Positions 1 to 9,366 of a DNA stretch of 64,000 nucleotides are shown piece by piece. Source of the stretch: Marinilabiliaceae bacterium UBA5488 (GTDB lineage Bacteria; Bacteroidota; Bacteroidia; Bacteroidales; Marinilabiliaceae); NCBI GenBank assembly GCA_002427105.1, contig DIPM01000005.1:5572-69571 (forward strand), read 5' to 3'. A program made the translations under genes and the position numbers. Each line of letters starts with the position of its first letter. Position 1 is the stretch's first letter. Below the pieces are notes generated by a model. The model saw nothing but the letters and a program-made list of their open reading frames with translations, was not told the origin of the DNA and did not search any database.

Positions 1-330
1 TGTAAGAGGCAAATCGCTGCGCTGCATGTCGGCTGTGAATACCTCCAGATAGTCGTCGAAGGGTCCCATTTTAGCTTGCACCACGTCTTTAATGAGTTCA
101 TACTCCTCTTCCGTAACGGCCTTTTCGAGGAAGTCGTCGAGCATTGTTTCAGTCTTAGGCAACATTGAAGCCTTAAGATACAGCAAGGGTAAAATCTTCA
201 GCGCGGTAGAGATAAAATCAGCTCTGGGCTGAGTTTCTACCCCTTCAAGCCAGGCACAAAACTCTCTGCCAACAGTAACAAATTCAATCACATTAGCCGA
301 GTAAACCTGATGTTCAAAACTATCTTCCAT
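1..330 (-). CDS. DUF5063-like hypothetical protein (partial; C-terminus lies outside the window)
   Basis: The minus-strand frame is open from position 1 to the ATG (rc of 328-330). I translated it by hand: MEDSFEHQVYSANVIEFVTVGREFCAWLEGVETQPRADFISTALKILPLLYLKAS... It is missing from the ORF track only because no stop codon lies inside the window. The family call is from memory. Confidence 0.6.
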   Translation of the reverse strand, partial: MEDSFEHQVYSANVIEFVTVGREFCAWLEGVETQPRADFISTALKILPLLYLKASMLPKTETMLDDFLEKAVTEEEYELIKDVVQAKMGPFDDYLEVFTADMQRSDLPLT

Positions 331-414
331 GACTCTGATTATAACAGCACAAAGGTAACAAAAAGCTAAGAACTACAATGCTAAGAACCTGAATATTGAG
401 GCTCTTAGTGAATA

Positions 415-2328
415 TTAGCCCCAGGGCTTCCACAGCAAAGCACCCACCTCATCTTCGCTAATTTTTTCAGCATCCTCGAGCCAGCGTATCACTTTCCATA
501 TCTTATCCTCATCAAAGCTCAGCTCTTTAACCAGCACATCGGCAGTCAGCACGGAGTTCTCCAATTTTTCCTTTATGGCATTTTCAATGCTTTCAAACTC
601 ACTGTCGCTCAAACGACTTTTCTTCCGGCTTATACAGACATCACAATGGCCACAATTATGCTGACATTTTTCACCGAAATAATTCAGCAAGAGCCTGCTT
701 CTACATACCGATGATGAGCTTGCATAATCAATAACAGCCTCTACCCGCTTTTGGTATTGATGCAAACGCTCCTTGTACACCTCATCGGGAAAGCGAAGGC
801 GATGAGGCTCAAATCTCTGCTGCAAATATCTAATCAGGGGGCTTCGCCGCTGAGGGATATAATGCAGCACACCCATTCTGCTACAGCTCTTAAAGGCCTC
901 GTAAACATCGCTACGCGAAACATTCAGTCTTTTTGCCAAGAGTTCTTCATCTATATTTACATAGTCAACAAAAAGACCCGTATAGCTACGTAAAAGCACC
1001 TTAATAAAAGGGTCAAGGCGCTCATTAGCCACTTGAAACTTATATAGTTCCAGGTCGCTCATCTTCATCAAGACCCGCGAAGGGATATCCGACATCTCGG
1101 TAAAATCAATATAACCTGCGCGTTGCAAAATTTTCAGACTACTGACAAGAGTTGTAACATTAAATCCAAAAGCGCTGCAAAACTTGCCGATATTAAAATC
1201 AAAAACCTGATTTTCACCATAGCCCACCGCGATTTGAAAGAAGTTTCCAAGAGCGTCATACACGCGCCTAAGCACCTCAATTTCAGGAAAGGAGGCTGCG
1301 GTGCTCCTGTCGAGGCGCTTCTTATCGTTGGGCGACCACAGAAATACAGCATAGGCCTTTTTCTCATCACGTCCGGCACGTCCTGCCTCCTGAAAATATG
1401 CTTCCAGCGAATCGGGGGCATCCACATGAACCACCAGTCGTACATCAGCCTTATCTATGCCCATTCCAAAGGCATTTGTTGCAACGATAACACGACATTG
1501 ACCTGACTTCCATTTTTTTTGCAGCTCATCCTTATTCTTCTGAAGCAGACCGGCATGAAAAAACCCGGCACTGATACCATGATTTTCAATAAGCCCGGCA
1601 AGCTCGCGCGTCTTCTTTCGACTTCGCACATACACAATAGCGCTACCCTCTACCCCATCCAGAATATTGAGTAACTGTTGCTCCTTATCTTCGGCATACC
1701 TAAGCACGTAGGCAAGATTTGAGCGCTCAAAACTCTTCTTGTAAACGTTAAACTCCGGAAACTTCAACTGTTGCTGTATATCCTTTACCACGGCCGGAGT
1801 GGCTGTTGCAGTAAGCGCCAGAACAGGCACGCCGGGCAAATGCTCACGAACCTCAGCAATCAGTCTGTAACTGGGGCGGAAGTCGTATCCCCACTGAGAA
1901 ATACAATGCGCTTCATCAACGGCTATCAGGTTGACATTCAAATACTGCAATCTATCGGTAAAAACGTTAGTAGCAAGGCGTTCAGGAGAAAGATATAAGA
2001 ATTTATAATCACCATAAGTACAGTTATCATAAGCCTTCTCTATTTCAGGCCAGCTCATCCCGGAATGAATGGCGTAGGCCTTTATACCATTACGCTTAAG
2101 ATTGTCAACCTGATCCCTCATCAAGGCAATTAAAGGAGTAATAACCAGACAAATGCCCGGTTTTGCAAGGGCAGGAACCTGAAAAGTCAATGATTTGCCT
2201 CCCCCTGTAGGCAAAAGCCCAAGGGTATCTTTTCCACTATCCACCGACCTGATAATGTCAAGCTGCAGAGGCCTAAAACTCTCGTAACCCCAATATTTTC
2301 TGAGAATATCGTGATATATGCTATCCAA
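415..2328 (-). CDS. recQ: RecQ-family ATP-dependent DNA helicase
   Basis: 637 aa. Contains FRPLQ, Walker A PTGGGKS, DEAH box (VDEAHC), QEAGRAGRD and a Zn-finger block CRSRLLLNYFGEKCQHNCGHCDVC. Confidence 0.93.
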   Translation of the reverse strand: MDSIYHDILRKYWGYESFRPLQLDIIRSVDSGKDTLGLLPTGGGKSLTFQVPALAKPGICLVITPLIALMRDQVDNLKRNGIKAYAIHSGMSWPEIEKAYDNCTYGDYKFLYLSPERLATNVFTDRLQYLNVNLIAVDEAHCISQWGYDFRPSYRLIAEVREHLPGVPVLALTATATPAVVKDIQQQLKFPEFNVYKKSFERSNLAYVLRYAEDKEQQLLNILDGVEGSAIVYVRSRKKTRELAGLIENHGISAGFFHAGLLQKNKDELQKKWKSGQCRVIVATNAFGMGIDKADVRLVVHVDAPDSLEAYFQEAGRAGRDEKKAYAVFLWSPNDKKRLDRSTAASFPEIEVLRRVYDALGNFFQIAVGYGENQVFDFNIGKFCSAFGFNVTTLVSSLKILQRAGYIDFTEMSDIPSRVLMKMSDLELYKFQVANERLDPFIKVLLRSYTGLFVDYVNIDEELLAKRLNVSRSDVYEAFKSCSRMGVLHYIPQRRSPLIRYLQQRFEPHRLRFPDEVYKERLHQYQKRVEAVIDYASSSSVCRSRLLLNYFGEKCQHNCGHCDVCISRKKSRLSDSEFESIENAIKEKLENSVLTADVLVKELSFDEDKIWKVIRWLEDAEKISEDEVGALLWKPWG

Positions 2329-2391
2329 CTTTCTAAGATAAATTATTTACAAAGTAAAAATAATCTAAATGCATAACAAAAGGCTTAGCCT

Positions 2392-2423
2392 CAAAAAAAG
2401 TGCTCCGACTTAGGGAGCACTTT
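2392..2423 (-). terminator. Intrinsic terminator downstream of the SSB-like gene
   Basis: The stem gtgctcc/ggagcac is extended by A:T pairs and has a 7-nt loop. The A-run at 2393-2399 reads as a U-tract on the minus strand. Confidence 0.6.
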
Positions 2424-2445
2424 AAAACAAACAACTGAAAATATG

Positions 2446-2760
2446 CTAATTAACAAACTCTAATTCCCTCACTTTAACACTCAACACCGAGCGTATCTCT
2501 CCATCTTTGCTTTTATAGCCTTCAGTTTCCGGAGTTCCTTCAATAATTACGCGTTTTCCCTTTTTTAGATAATCGGCAACGGAAGAGTTTAAATCGCGCC
2601 ACATAATGGCTTTGACCCACTCAGTCTTTTCCACCTTATTGCCATCCTTATCGCGGTAGTCTTGCGAAACTGCAACATTAAAATTAATCACCTTGCTGTT
2701 TCCTACCTCTTTTACTTCAGCGTCATTTCCCAGAACGCCGGTTAAAATTAATTTAAGCAT
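2446..2760 (-). CDS. ssb: Single-stranded DNA-binding (OB-fold) protein, short form without an acidic C-terminal tail
   Basis: From the internal ATG at 2760 the protein reads MLKLILTGVLGNDAEVKEV...TEWVKAIMWR...YLKKGKRVIIEG, an SSB-like pattern. The track ORF extends 12 codons further upstream. Confidence 0.75.
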   Translation of the reverse strand: MLKLILTGVLGNDAEVKEVGNSKVINFNVAVSQDYRDKDGNKVEKTEWVKAIMWRDLNSSVADYLKKGKRVIIEGTPETEGYKSKDGEIRSVLSVKVRELEFVN

Positions 2761-2895
2761 AGTAATACTGATTATTAGGTTATTAATCAAGGACATCTAA
2801 CAATCAGCAAGCTATCAGATTAAAACATTAATGTCAAGTAATTTACAATTAATGTTCAAATTATCGGAAACCATAAAACATAGTTATCTGCATAA

Positions 2896-4563
2896 TCAAT
2901 AGGTAAAACTGCTACCCCCAAGGAATTCACGCAGAATTGACGTCGGCGGAATTTCCTTAGTCAGCATAGGTTTTATGTAACTAAAGAATTTAAGTAAACG
3001 CTCAGCTTCCGAATATTCAGGTTGATTTGGCTGAACCTCAAGCAATATAGGCTCTGCATAAGGTTTTAAAACGGCCAGCTCATACAGCAAAGCGGTATTA
3101 AACATCACATCAGCCTCCTCCTGATAAGGGAAAATATGCTTTTCCTCGCCCCGCTTGACGCTTGCCCATCGACTTATAGTTTCTCTTGCCGAGTAGTTAC
3201 GATATTTGTAGTCGCGGATAATACGCCTGATCAAACGATTATCAGTAGTTGAAATACGTGTCTGATTATCAAAATTGATAGAGGTAAGAGCCGAAACATA
3301 TACTTTAAACTTAGCTTCCTCAGGGATGGATGGCGTCAATTTGGGATTAAGAGCGTGGATTCCCTCAATTATCAGGATATTGTACGGCTCCATCTTCAAC
3401 TTCTCGCCATCGTAGAAGCGCTGGCCTGTCTCAAACGAGAACTTTGGAATCTCGACCTCTTCGCCATTCAGAAGCCTTACCAGATGGTCATTGAAAAGCT
3501 CAAGGTCTATAGCTTCCAGGGTCTCGAAATCATAATCGCCGTTTTCGTCTCTGGGCGTATGCTCTCTATTCACAAAATAGTTATCGAGCGAGAGGTTCAG
3601 AGGCTTAATACCGGCTACAAGCAACTGCACCCCCATCCGCTTTCCGGTAGTAGTTTTTCCACTTGAGGAAGGACCGCTGATTAACACAATTCTAAGCTTA
3701 TTCTTACGGGCAGCAATACGGTCGGCCACCGCGGCAATTTTCTTTTCATGGAGGGCTTCGGTGACTTTAATCAGCGTCTCGGCTTTTCCATTTACGGTAG
3801 CTTTGTTAAGCTCGCTAAGATTGGTAACATCCAGAATCTTGTTCCACTGGTTATGCTCCTGGAATATTTCAAACAATTTGTTTTGAATAATAAGGTTTTC
3901 AACCTCTTTGGGATTTCCGGCTTTTGGCACCCGTAATAGCATCCCGTTGAAGTATTTATTAAGATCGAACACCTTCAGATAAGCGGTTGAGGGCACCATA
4001 TATCCATAATACAATCCAATATGCTCACCAAGTTGATAGTAGGAGGTATAATAATGTCCCCGTAGCTTAATAAGATCCTTCTTATCAGTCAGTCCCTTAG
4101 CCTCAAAGAGCTCAATAACCTCATCGGTTTCGGCTGTTATCCTGGTAAAGGGCAAGTCTTTGTCAATAATTTCATGCATTCTGTCTGCTATCGCAAAAGT
4201 ATCTTCAATAGTGAGATCCCCCCTCAGGTTGTCCAACTCGCAATAATAGCCTTTGCTAACCGAATGTTCTATCCTAAGTTTGACTCCCGGAAAAAGCTCC
4301 TGAACAGCAGCATAAAGCACAAACGACAGACTACGCACATACATTCTCATTCCGTCGGCATGCGTAATATCAAAAAATCGCACTGTTTTTGGATGAAAGA
4401 CTTCGTAGGAACATTCACGGATGCTATTATTAACAAGGGCACCCAAAATAGGATTTTCAAGTTTTATCTCCATCCTCTCAGCCACTTCGGCCAGGGTAAG
4501 ACCCCTTGGAGCCACAAGCTCCTTGTTATTATTCAAGCATTTAATATTAATCGTCTGCGCCAT
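2896..4563 (-). CDS. Nucleoside/uridine kinase-family protein with an N-terminal TGS-like domain
   Basis: 555 aa. P-loop GPSSSGKTTTGKR and a uridine-kinase-like IIEGIHALNP. The N-terminal ~250 aa resemble the TGS/ThrRS-type extension. Confidence 0.7.
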   Translation of the reverse strand: MAQTINIKCLNNNKELVAPRGLTLAEVAERMEIKLENPILGALVNNSIRECSYEVFHPKTVRFFDITHADGMRMYVRSLSFVLYAAVQELFPGVKLRIEHSVSKGYYCELDNLRGDLTIEDTFAIADRMHEIIDKDLPFTRITAETDEVIELFEAKGLTDKKDLIKLRGHYYTSYYQLGEHIGLYYGYMVPSTAYLKVFDLNKYFNGMLLRVPKAGNPKEVENLIIQNKLFEIFQEHNQWNKILDVTNLSELNKATVNGKAETLIKVTEALHEKKIAAVADRIAARKNKLRIVLISGPSSSGKTTTGKRMGVQLLVAGIKPLNLSLDNYFVNREHTPRDENGDYDFETLEAIDLELFNDHLVRLLNGEEVEIPKFSFETGQRFYDGEKLKMEPYNILIIEGIHALNPKLTPSIPEEAKFKVYVSALTSINFDNQTRISTTDNRLIRRIIRDYKYRNYSARETISRWASVKRGEEKHIFPYQEEADVMFNTALLYELAVLKPYAEPILLEVQPNQPEYSEAERLLKFFSYIKPMLTKEIPPTSILREFLGGSSFTY

Positions 4564-4723
4564 ATTTATCGTTTAATTATCAATTTCAAAACCCTGTAAA
4601 ATCTACCTTGCAATATAATCAAAAAAAGCAAAATAGCACTTTAGCAATAAATAGTCTTTTTATTAAGTAAACTCCGCTTCGTTAAAAGGAACGGCATATC
4701 TATTTTGCATTAATTAAATAAAA

Positions 4724-4743
4724 TTGCAATCTTAAGATTGCAA
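4724..4743. promoter_or_regulatory. Perfect 20-bp palindrome TTGCAATCTT/AAGATTGCAA (candidate operator)
   Basis: Read directly from the sequence. A third TTGCAAT half-site lies at 4608-4614. The palindrome sits in the 340-bp divergent intergenic region upstream of rseC-rnf. Confidence 0.5.
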
Positions 4744-4860
4744 CACAATAGGCTTATTGTCAATTAGAAACACAAATTAACATCTTATTATTTTTATTTA
4801 TTCTAAATAGAAACTACCTGTAACTTACATCTTTAAGTTAAAGTTTACGTAGAGATTACA

Positions 4861-4868
4861 TACTTTTG
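4861..4868 (+). promoter_or_regulatory. Bacteroidota-type -7 promoter box TACTTTTG (TAnnTTTG)
   Basis: Exact consensus match 37 nt upstream of the ATG at 4905. Confidence 0.55.
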
Positions 4869-4904
4869 CTAATATCCTGCCCTTATAATAAAAAGCAGAT
4901 TTCC

Positions 4905-5318
4905 ATGAGAAATATAGAACATGAGGGGGTTGTAGATCAGGTGAGCGATGATAAGATCAAAGTTAAGCTTATGAGCGTTTCTGCGTGTGCCTCGTGTCAC
5001 ACGCGAGGGGCTTGTTCTATGTCTGAATCACAGGAAAAAGAGATAGAGGTAGAGCGCAGGGGCGACTTCAAGCCCGGAGATCGGGTGATAATAGAAGGTG
5101 CCGGATGGCAAGGCCTGGCAGCCACGTGGTGGGCCTATGTTCTGCCGGTGTTACTGGTTTTAACAACACTAATCATCACCTACACAATAAGCGGACGGGA
5201 AGGGCTTGCAGGGCTTTTTTCTCTATTAATTTTGCTTCCATACTATTTAGTATTAAAAATATCTGACAAAATCATGTCAAAGTCATTTCATTTCACCATC
5301 AAACAAGTAAACGAATAA
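4905..5318 (+). CDS. rseC: RseC/MucC-family (SoxR-reducing system) protein
   Basis: Cys-rich N-terminus (SACASCHTRGAC) followed by two TM helices. It lies immediately upstream of rnfB. I prefer the ATG at 4905 over the TTG at 4866 used in the track. Confidence 0.8.
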   Translation: MRNIEHEGVVDQVSDDKIKVKLMSVSACASCHTRGACSMSESQEKEIEVERRGDFKPGDRVIIEGAGWQGLAATWWAYVLPVLLVLTTLIITYTISGREGLAGLFSLLILLPYYLVLKISDKIMSKSFHFTIKQVNE

Positions 5319-5323
5319 CAGTT

Positions 5324-6184
5324 ATGAACGTAGTTCTTCTTACAATATTAACGCTTGTCGGACTAGGTGTTATTTCAGCGGTTGTATTGTATATGGCCTC
5401 TAAAAAATTCTATGTTTTTGAGGATACCCGTATCGATGTTGTTGAGGAGATTCTCCCGGCCACGAATTGCGGGGGATGTGGCTTTCCGGGTTGTCGTGCT
5501 TTTGCCGAGGCTCTTGTAAAGGCTGACGATATATCTTCGATGAACTGTCCGGTAGGCAGTTCAGCCACGATGGCTAAGGTAGCAGAGGCATTAGGAAAAG
5601 TAGCCGGTAACGCCAAACCACAAGTTGCAGTAGTCCGTTGCAACGGCACATGCGAGCATCGTCTTAAGCTTAATAACTATGACGGTGCCATTTCCTGCGC
5701 GGTTGCGGCAGCGCTTTACGGGGGCGAGACGGGCTGCTCATACGGCTGTCTGGGCTGCGGAGACTGTGTCGAAGCCTGCAAATACGATGCGATGTATATG
5801 GACGAAGAGACCGGTCTTCCTGTTATCATAGAAGACAAATGCATCGCTTGCGGCAAGTGCGTTGAAGCCTGCCCCAAAAACATTATCGAGATGCGTAATA
5901 TCGGACCCAAAAGCCGTAGGATTTTTGTAAGCTGCGTCAACAAGGACAAGGGTCCGGTGGCTAAGAAGTCGTGCGAAGTGGCCTGTATCGGTTGCAACAA
6001 ATGCTTTAAGATCTGTCCTCACGACGCCATAACCATGGCCGACAATCTTGCCTATATTGATGATGACGCATGCAAGCTTTGTCGCAAGTGTGTTGAGGTC
6101 TGCCCAACTTTCTCTATTCACGAGCTGAACTTCCCTCCTCGCAAGAAGAAGGCAGAAGAAGAGGCGGCGGCAGTTGAGTCGTGA
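5324..6184 (+). CDS. rnfB: Rnf electron transport complex subunit B
   Basis: N-terminal TM helix, a CGGCGFPGC motif and several CxxCxxCxxxCP 4Fe-4S ferredoxin motifs. Confidence 0.92.
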   Translation: MNVVLLTILTLVGLGVISAVVLYMASKKFYVFEDTRIDVVEEILPATNCGGCGFPGCRAFAEALVKADDISSMNCPVGSSATMAKVAEALGKVAGNAKPQVAVVRCNGTCEHRLKLNNYDGAISCAVAAALYGGETGCSYGCLGCGDCVEACKYDAMYMDEETGLPVIIEDKCIACGKCVEACPKNIIEMRNIGPKSRRIFVSCVNKDKGPVAKKSCEVACIGCNKCFKICPHDAITMADNLAYIDDDACKLCRKCVEVCPTFSIHELNFPPRKKKAEEEAAAVES

Positions 6185-6259
6185 GTTATAAGTTGTGAGT
6201 TTCGGGTTTGGAGTTTTATAAGAAGCATTCATCAGAATTATAATATAGGAGGAGAAAAC

Positions 6260-7600
6260 GTGTTAAAAACATTTTCGCTTGGGGGAATACACCCGGAGGA
6301 GAACAAGCTTTCGGCCGATTGTGAGATAGAGGTTTTGCCTTTATCCCCTGTCGTAAAAGTTCCCATTTCACAGCATATAGGAGCTCCGGCACAAGCCCTT
6401 GTCAAGAAGGGCGATATCGTAAAGACAGGCCAGGTTATAGCCAAATCATCGGGTTTTGTATCTGCCAATATACACTCTCCTGTTTCGGGAACTGTTGAGA
6501 AGCTTGAAGAGGTGATTGACAGCAGCGGCTACCGTCGTACAGCAATTATTATCAAGAGCGAAGGCGACGAATGGGAAGAGGGCATTGACCGTTCTCCCGA
6601 GATTAAGAGGGAAATAAGTTCCGGCAAGGAAGAAATAATAAAGAGAATTGCCGAAGCAGGCATAGTGGGTTTAGGAGGGGCTACCTTTCCATCTCACGTA
6701 AAGCTGTCGCCTCCTCCGGGTCAAAAATGCGAGCTCCTGATAATAAATGGTGTTGAATGCGAGCCATACCTAACCGGCGACCATAGGCTAATGCTCGAAA
6801 AGGGCGAAGAGGTATTGATTGGTGTTCAACTCCTTATGAAAGCTCTTGATGTAAAGAGAGCAATTATAGGCATAGAAAACAATAAGCCTGATGCCATCAA
6901 ACATATCACCAATCTCAGCAAAGATATTGAAGGAATTAGCGTTCAGCCTTTGAAAGTTCAGTATCCTCAAGGCGGTGAAAAACAATTGATAGAAGCTTGC
7001 ATCGGGCGCCAGGTGCCTTCGGGCAAACTGCCAATAGAAGTAGGCGCTGTCGTTCACAACGTTGGAACAAGCTACGCTATTTATGAGGCTATACAGAAAA
7101 ACAAGCCTTTAATTGAACGAGTGGTTACAGTAACTGGTAAATCTGTTAAGAAGCCCGGTAACTACCTGACGCGTATCGGGACTCCCGTATCAGATTTAAT
7201 AGAGGCTGCCGGAGGTCTTCCCGAAGACACAGGAAAGGTTATAAGCGGCGGCCCCATGATGGGCAAGGCATTGAGCACTGTAGATGTACCGGTGGCCAAA
7301 GGAACTTCGGGAGTTTTGATAATGCCGGATGAGCTTTCTTCGCGCAAGCCGGTTCAGGACTGCATCCGTTGCGCCAAGTGCGTATCAGTCTGTTCTATGG
7401 GTCTGTCTCCTTATCTTTTGATGGCCTTATCTGAAAGGGCTATTTGGGACAGTGCCGAAGAAGAGAAAGTGCTTGACTGCATAGAATGTGGCTCTTGCAG
7501 CTATATCTGTCCCTCGTCACGCCCGCTTTTGGACTACATACGTCTGGGTAAAAGTAAGGTTGGGCAGATAGTAAGAAGCAGAACCACTCAACAGCAATAA
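6260..7600 (+). CDS. rnfC: Rnf electron transport complex subunit C
   Basis: GTG start preceded by AGGAGG. GGIHP N-terminus, GLGGATFP, and two C-terminal 4Fe-4S motifs (CIRCAKCVSVC, CIECGSCSYICP). Confidence 0.92.
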   Translation: MLKTFSLGGIHPEENKLSADCEIEVLPLSPVVKVPISQHIGAPAQALVKKGDIVKTGQVIAKSSGFVSANIHSPVSGTVEKLEEVIDSSGYRRTAIIIKSEGDEWEEGIDRSPEIKREISSGKEEIIKRIAEAGIVGLGGATFPSHVKLSPPPGQKCELLIINGVECEPYLTGDHRLMLEKGEEVLIGVQLLMKALDVKRAIIGIENNKPDAIKHITNLSKDIEGISVQPLKVQYPQGGEKQLIEACIGRQVPSGKLPIEVGAVVHNVGTSYAIYEAIQKNKPLIERVVTVTGKSVKKPGNYLTRIGTPVSDLIEAAGGLPEDTGKVISGGPMMGKALSTVDVPVAKGTSGVLIMPDELSSRKPVQDCIRCAKCVSVCSMGLSPYLLMALSERAIWDSAEEEKVLDCIECGSCSYICPSSRPLLDYIRLGKSKVGQIVRSRTTQQQ

Positions 7601-7626
7601 ATCTGATTATTTGATATAGATATAAT

Positions 7627-8640
7627 ATGGAGAAATTAATAGTATCACCCTCACCGCACGTGCATAGCGGCGATTCTGTTAAGAAAAACATGTATGGAGT
7701 AATTATCGCCCTGCTCCCGGCGCTGGCGGCATCATTCTGGTTTTTTGGCCTTGGCGCACTAATAGTTACCCTTACATCAATCGCAGCCTGTTTGCTTTTC
7801 GAGCATTTGATTCAGGTTTATTTGTTTAAAAGACCCAGTACCATAAGTGATGGTTCAGCCATAGTAACCGGTTTGCTCCTGGCTATGAACCTACCATCCA
7901 ATCTGCCGCTTGGTATTATTATCATAGGAGCAGCAGTAGCCATAGGAATAGGCAAGATGTCTTTTGGAGGCCTGGGCCAAAACCCCTTTAATCCGGCCCT
8001 TGTCGGGCGGGTTTTCCTGCTGATTTCTTTCCCTGCTCAAATGACCTCGTGGCCAACTCCGATTATATCCCGGACTGCCTATCTCGACGCGACTACCGGC
8101 GCTACGCCCTTATCTGTGGTAAAAGGGGGGCTAATTTCGGGCACTCCCTTATCCGAGCTGATGGCTCAAATACCTTCCTACAAGGATATGCTGATAGGCA
8201 CCATGGGCGGCTCACTGGGAGAGGTTGCTGCAATAGCTTTGTTGCTGGGCCTTGCTTACCTGCTAATTAAGAAGATAATTACCTGGCATATACCTGTGTC
8301 AGTCGTTGGTAGTGTAATCATCCTTGCGGGGATAATGCATCTGGCAGACCCGGAAGTTTATCCTTCGCCCACCTTTCACGTATTAAGCGGGGGTCTGCTT
8401 CTTGGAGCATTCTTTATGGCAACAGACTATTCAAGTTCGCCTATGGCAAACAAAGGGATGCTGACATACGGCGTTGGAATAGGGGTGTTAACGGTTCTAA
8501 TACGAACCTTTGGTTCTTATCCCGAAGGAGTGTCGTTTGCCATACTAATAATGAACAGCTTCACACCCCTTATCAACAAGTACATTAAACCAAAGCGTTT
8601 CGGCGAAAAACCGGCTATTCAAAAGGCCTATAAAAATTAA
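7627..8640 (+). CDS. rnfD: Rnf electron transport complex subunit D
   Basis: 337-aa polytopic membrane protein of NqrB/RnfD type (SPH.H N-terminus, GGxxNPF). Position in the operon fits. Confidence 0.9.
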   Translation: MEKLIVSPSPHVHSGDSVKKNMYGVIIALLPALAASFWFFGLGALIVTLTSIAACLLFEHLIQVYLFKRPSTISDGSAIVTGLLLAMNLPSNLPLGIIIIGAAVAIGIGKMSFGGLGQNPFNPALVGRVFLLISFPAQMTSWPTPIISRTAYLDATTGATPLSVVKGGLISGTPLSELMAQIPSYKDMLIGTMGGSLGEVAAIALLLGLAYLLIKKIITWHIPVSVVGSVIILAGIMHLADPEVYPSPTFHVLSGGLLLGAFFMATDYSSSPMANKGMLTYGVGIGVLTVLIRTFGSYPEGVSFAILIMNSFTPLINKYIKPKRFGEKPAIQKAYKN

Positions 8641-8652
8641 AAGACGAGTAAA

Positions 8653-9366
8653 ATGGGCAATGTAAAATCATCACTATCCAATATGGTCATCGTACTGGTG
8701 ATAATCACGCTTGTTGTAGGAGCCGTATTGGGATATGTATATCAAGTAACCAAGGAACCCATAGCATTATCGGCCTTAGCAAAACAAAACGAGGCTATCG
8801 AACTGGTAATGCCCGGATTTAACAATAATCCGATGGATGAGATGCTTGAAATAACCACGGACGAAGGTCTGGCTTTAAAACTATTTCCGGCCAAAAAAGA
8901 CGGAGAATCAATCGGAGTAGCTATCGAGACGATTTCGGGCAAGGGCTACGGAGGAAATATAAGGATAATGGTAGGAATGAAACCTGACGGGACTATCGTA
9001 AACTATGAGATACTTGAACATAAGGAGACACCGGGCTTAGGCACCAGAATGGCAGATTGGTTTAAACCTGCAGCGGAAGGCGGGAGCGAAAAGACTCGAA
9101 ACGTCTTTTTCGACAAACTCTTTGGTATAAAAGCCGAAGCAGGAAGTGGGGAGAGTAGCAAAAGCGTTATCGGTAAAAACCCCGGTAAAGACAAGCTGAA
9201 AGTATCAAAAGATGGTGGCGACATAGATGCTATAACAGCCGCAACCATAACTTCAAGAGCCTTTTTAGAAGCCATCGAAACTGCTTACAAGGCCTATATT
9301 GAAGAAGCAGCAAAAGCGGCTCCCTGCGTTCAAACTGAATTACAAGAGGAAGGAGAGATATTATGA
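8653..9366 (+). CDS. rnfG: Rnf electron transport complex subunit G (FMN-binding)
   Basis: Single N-terminal TM helix. FMN-attachment-type motif DAITAATITSRA. ATGA overlap with rnfE. Confidence 0.88.
   Translation: MGNVKSSLSNMVIVLVIITLVVGAVLGYVYQVTKEPIALSALAKQNEAIELVMPGFNNNPMDEMLEITTDEGLALKLFPAKKDGESIGVAIETISGKGYGGNIRIMVGMKPDGTIVNYEILEHKETPGLGTRMADWFKPAAEGGSEKTRNVFFDKLFGIKAEAGSGESSKSVIGKNPGKDKLKVSKDGGDIDAITAATITSRAFLEAIETAYKAYIEEAAKAAPCVQTELQEEGEIL

Noticed and set aside
5410-6468. Several ORFs of 76-164 aa on the minus strand inside rnfB and the start of rnfC (5410-5649, 5716-6000, 5738-6232, 6238-6468).
   Set aside because: They are antisense to genes with unmistakable Rnf motifs. Their translations are low-complexity with no recognisable motif, as expected for chance open frames opposite highly biased coding sequence.
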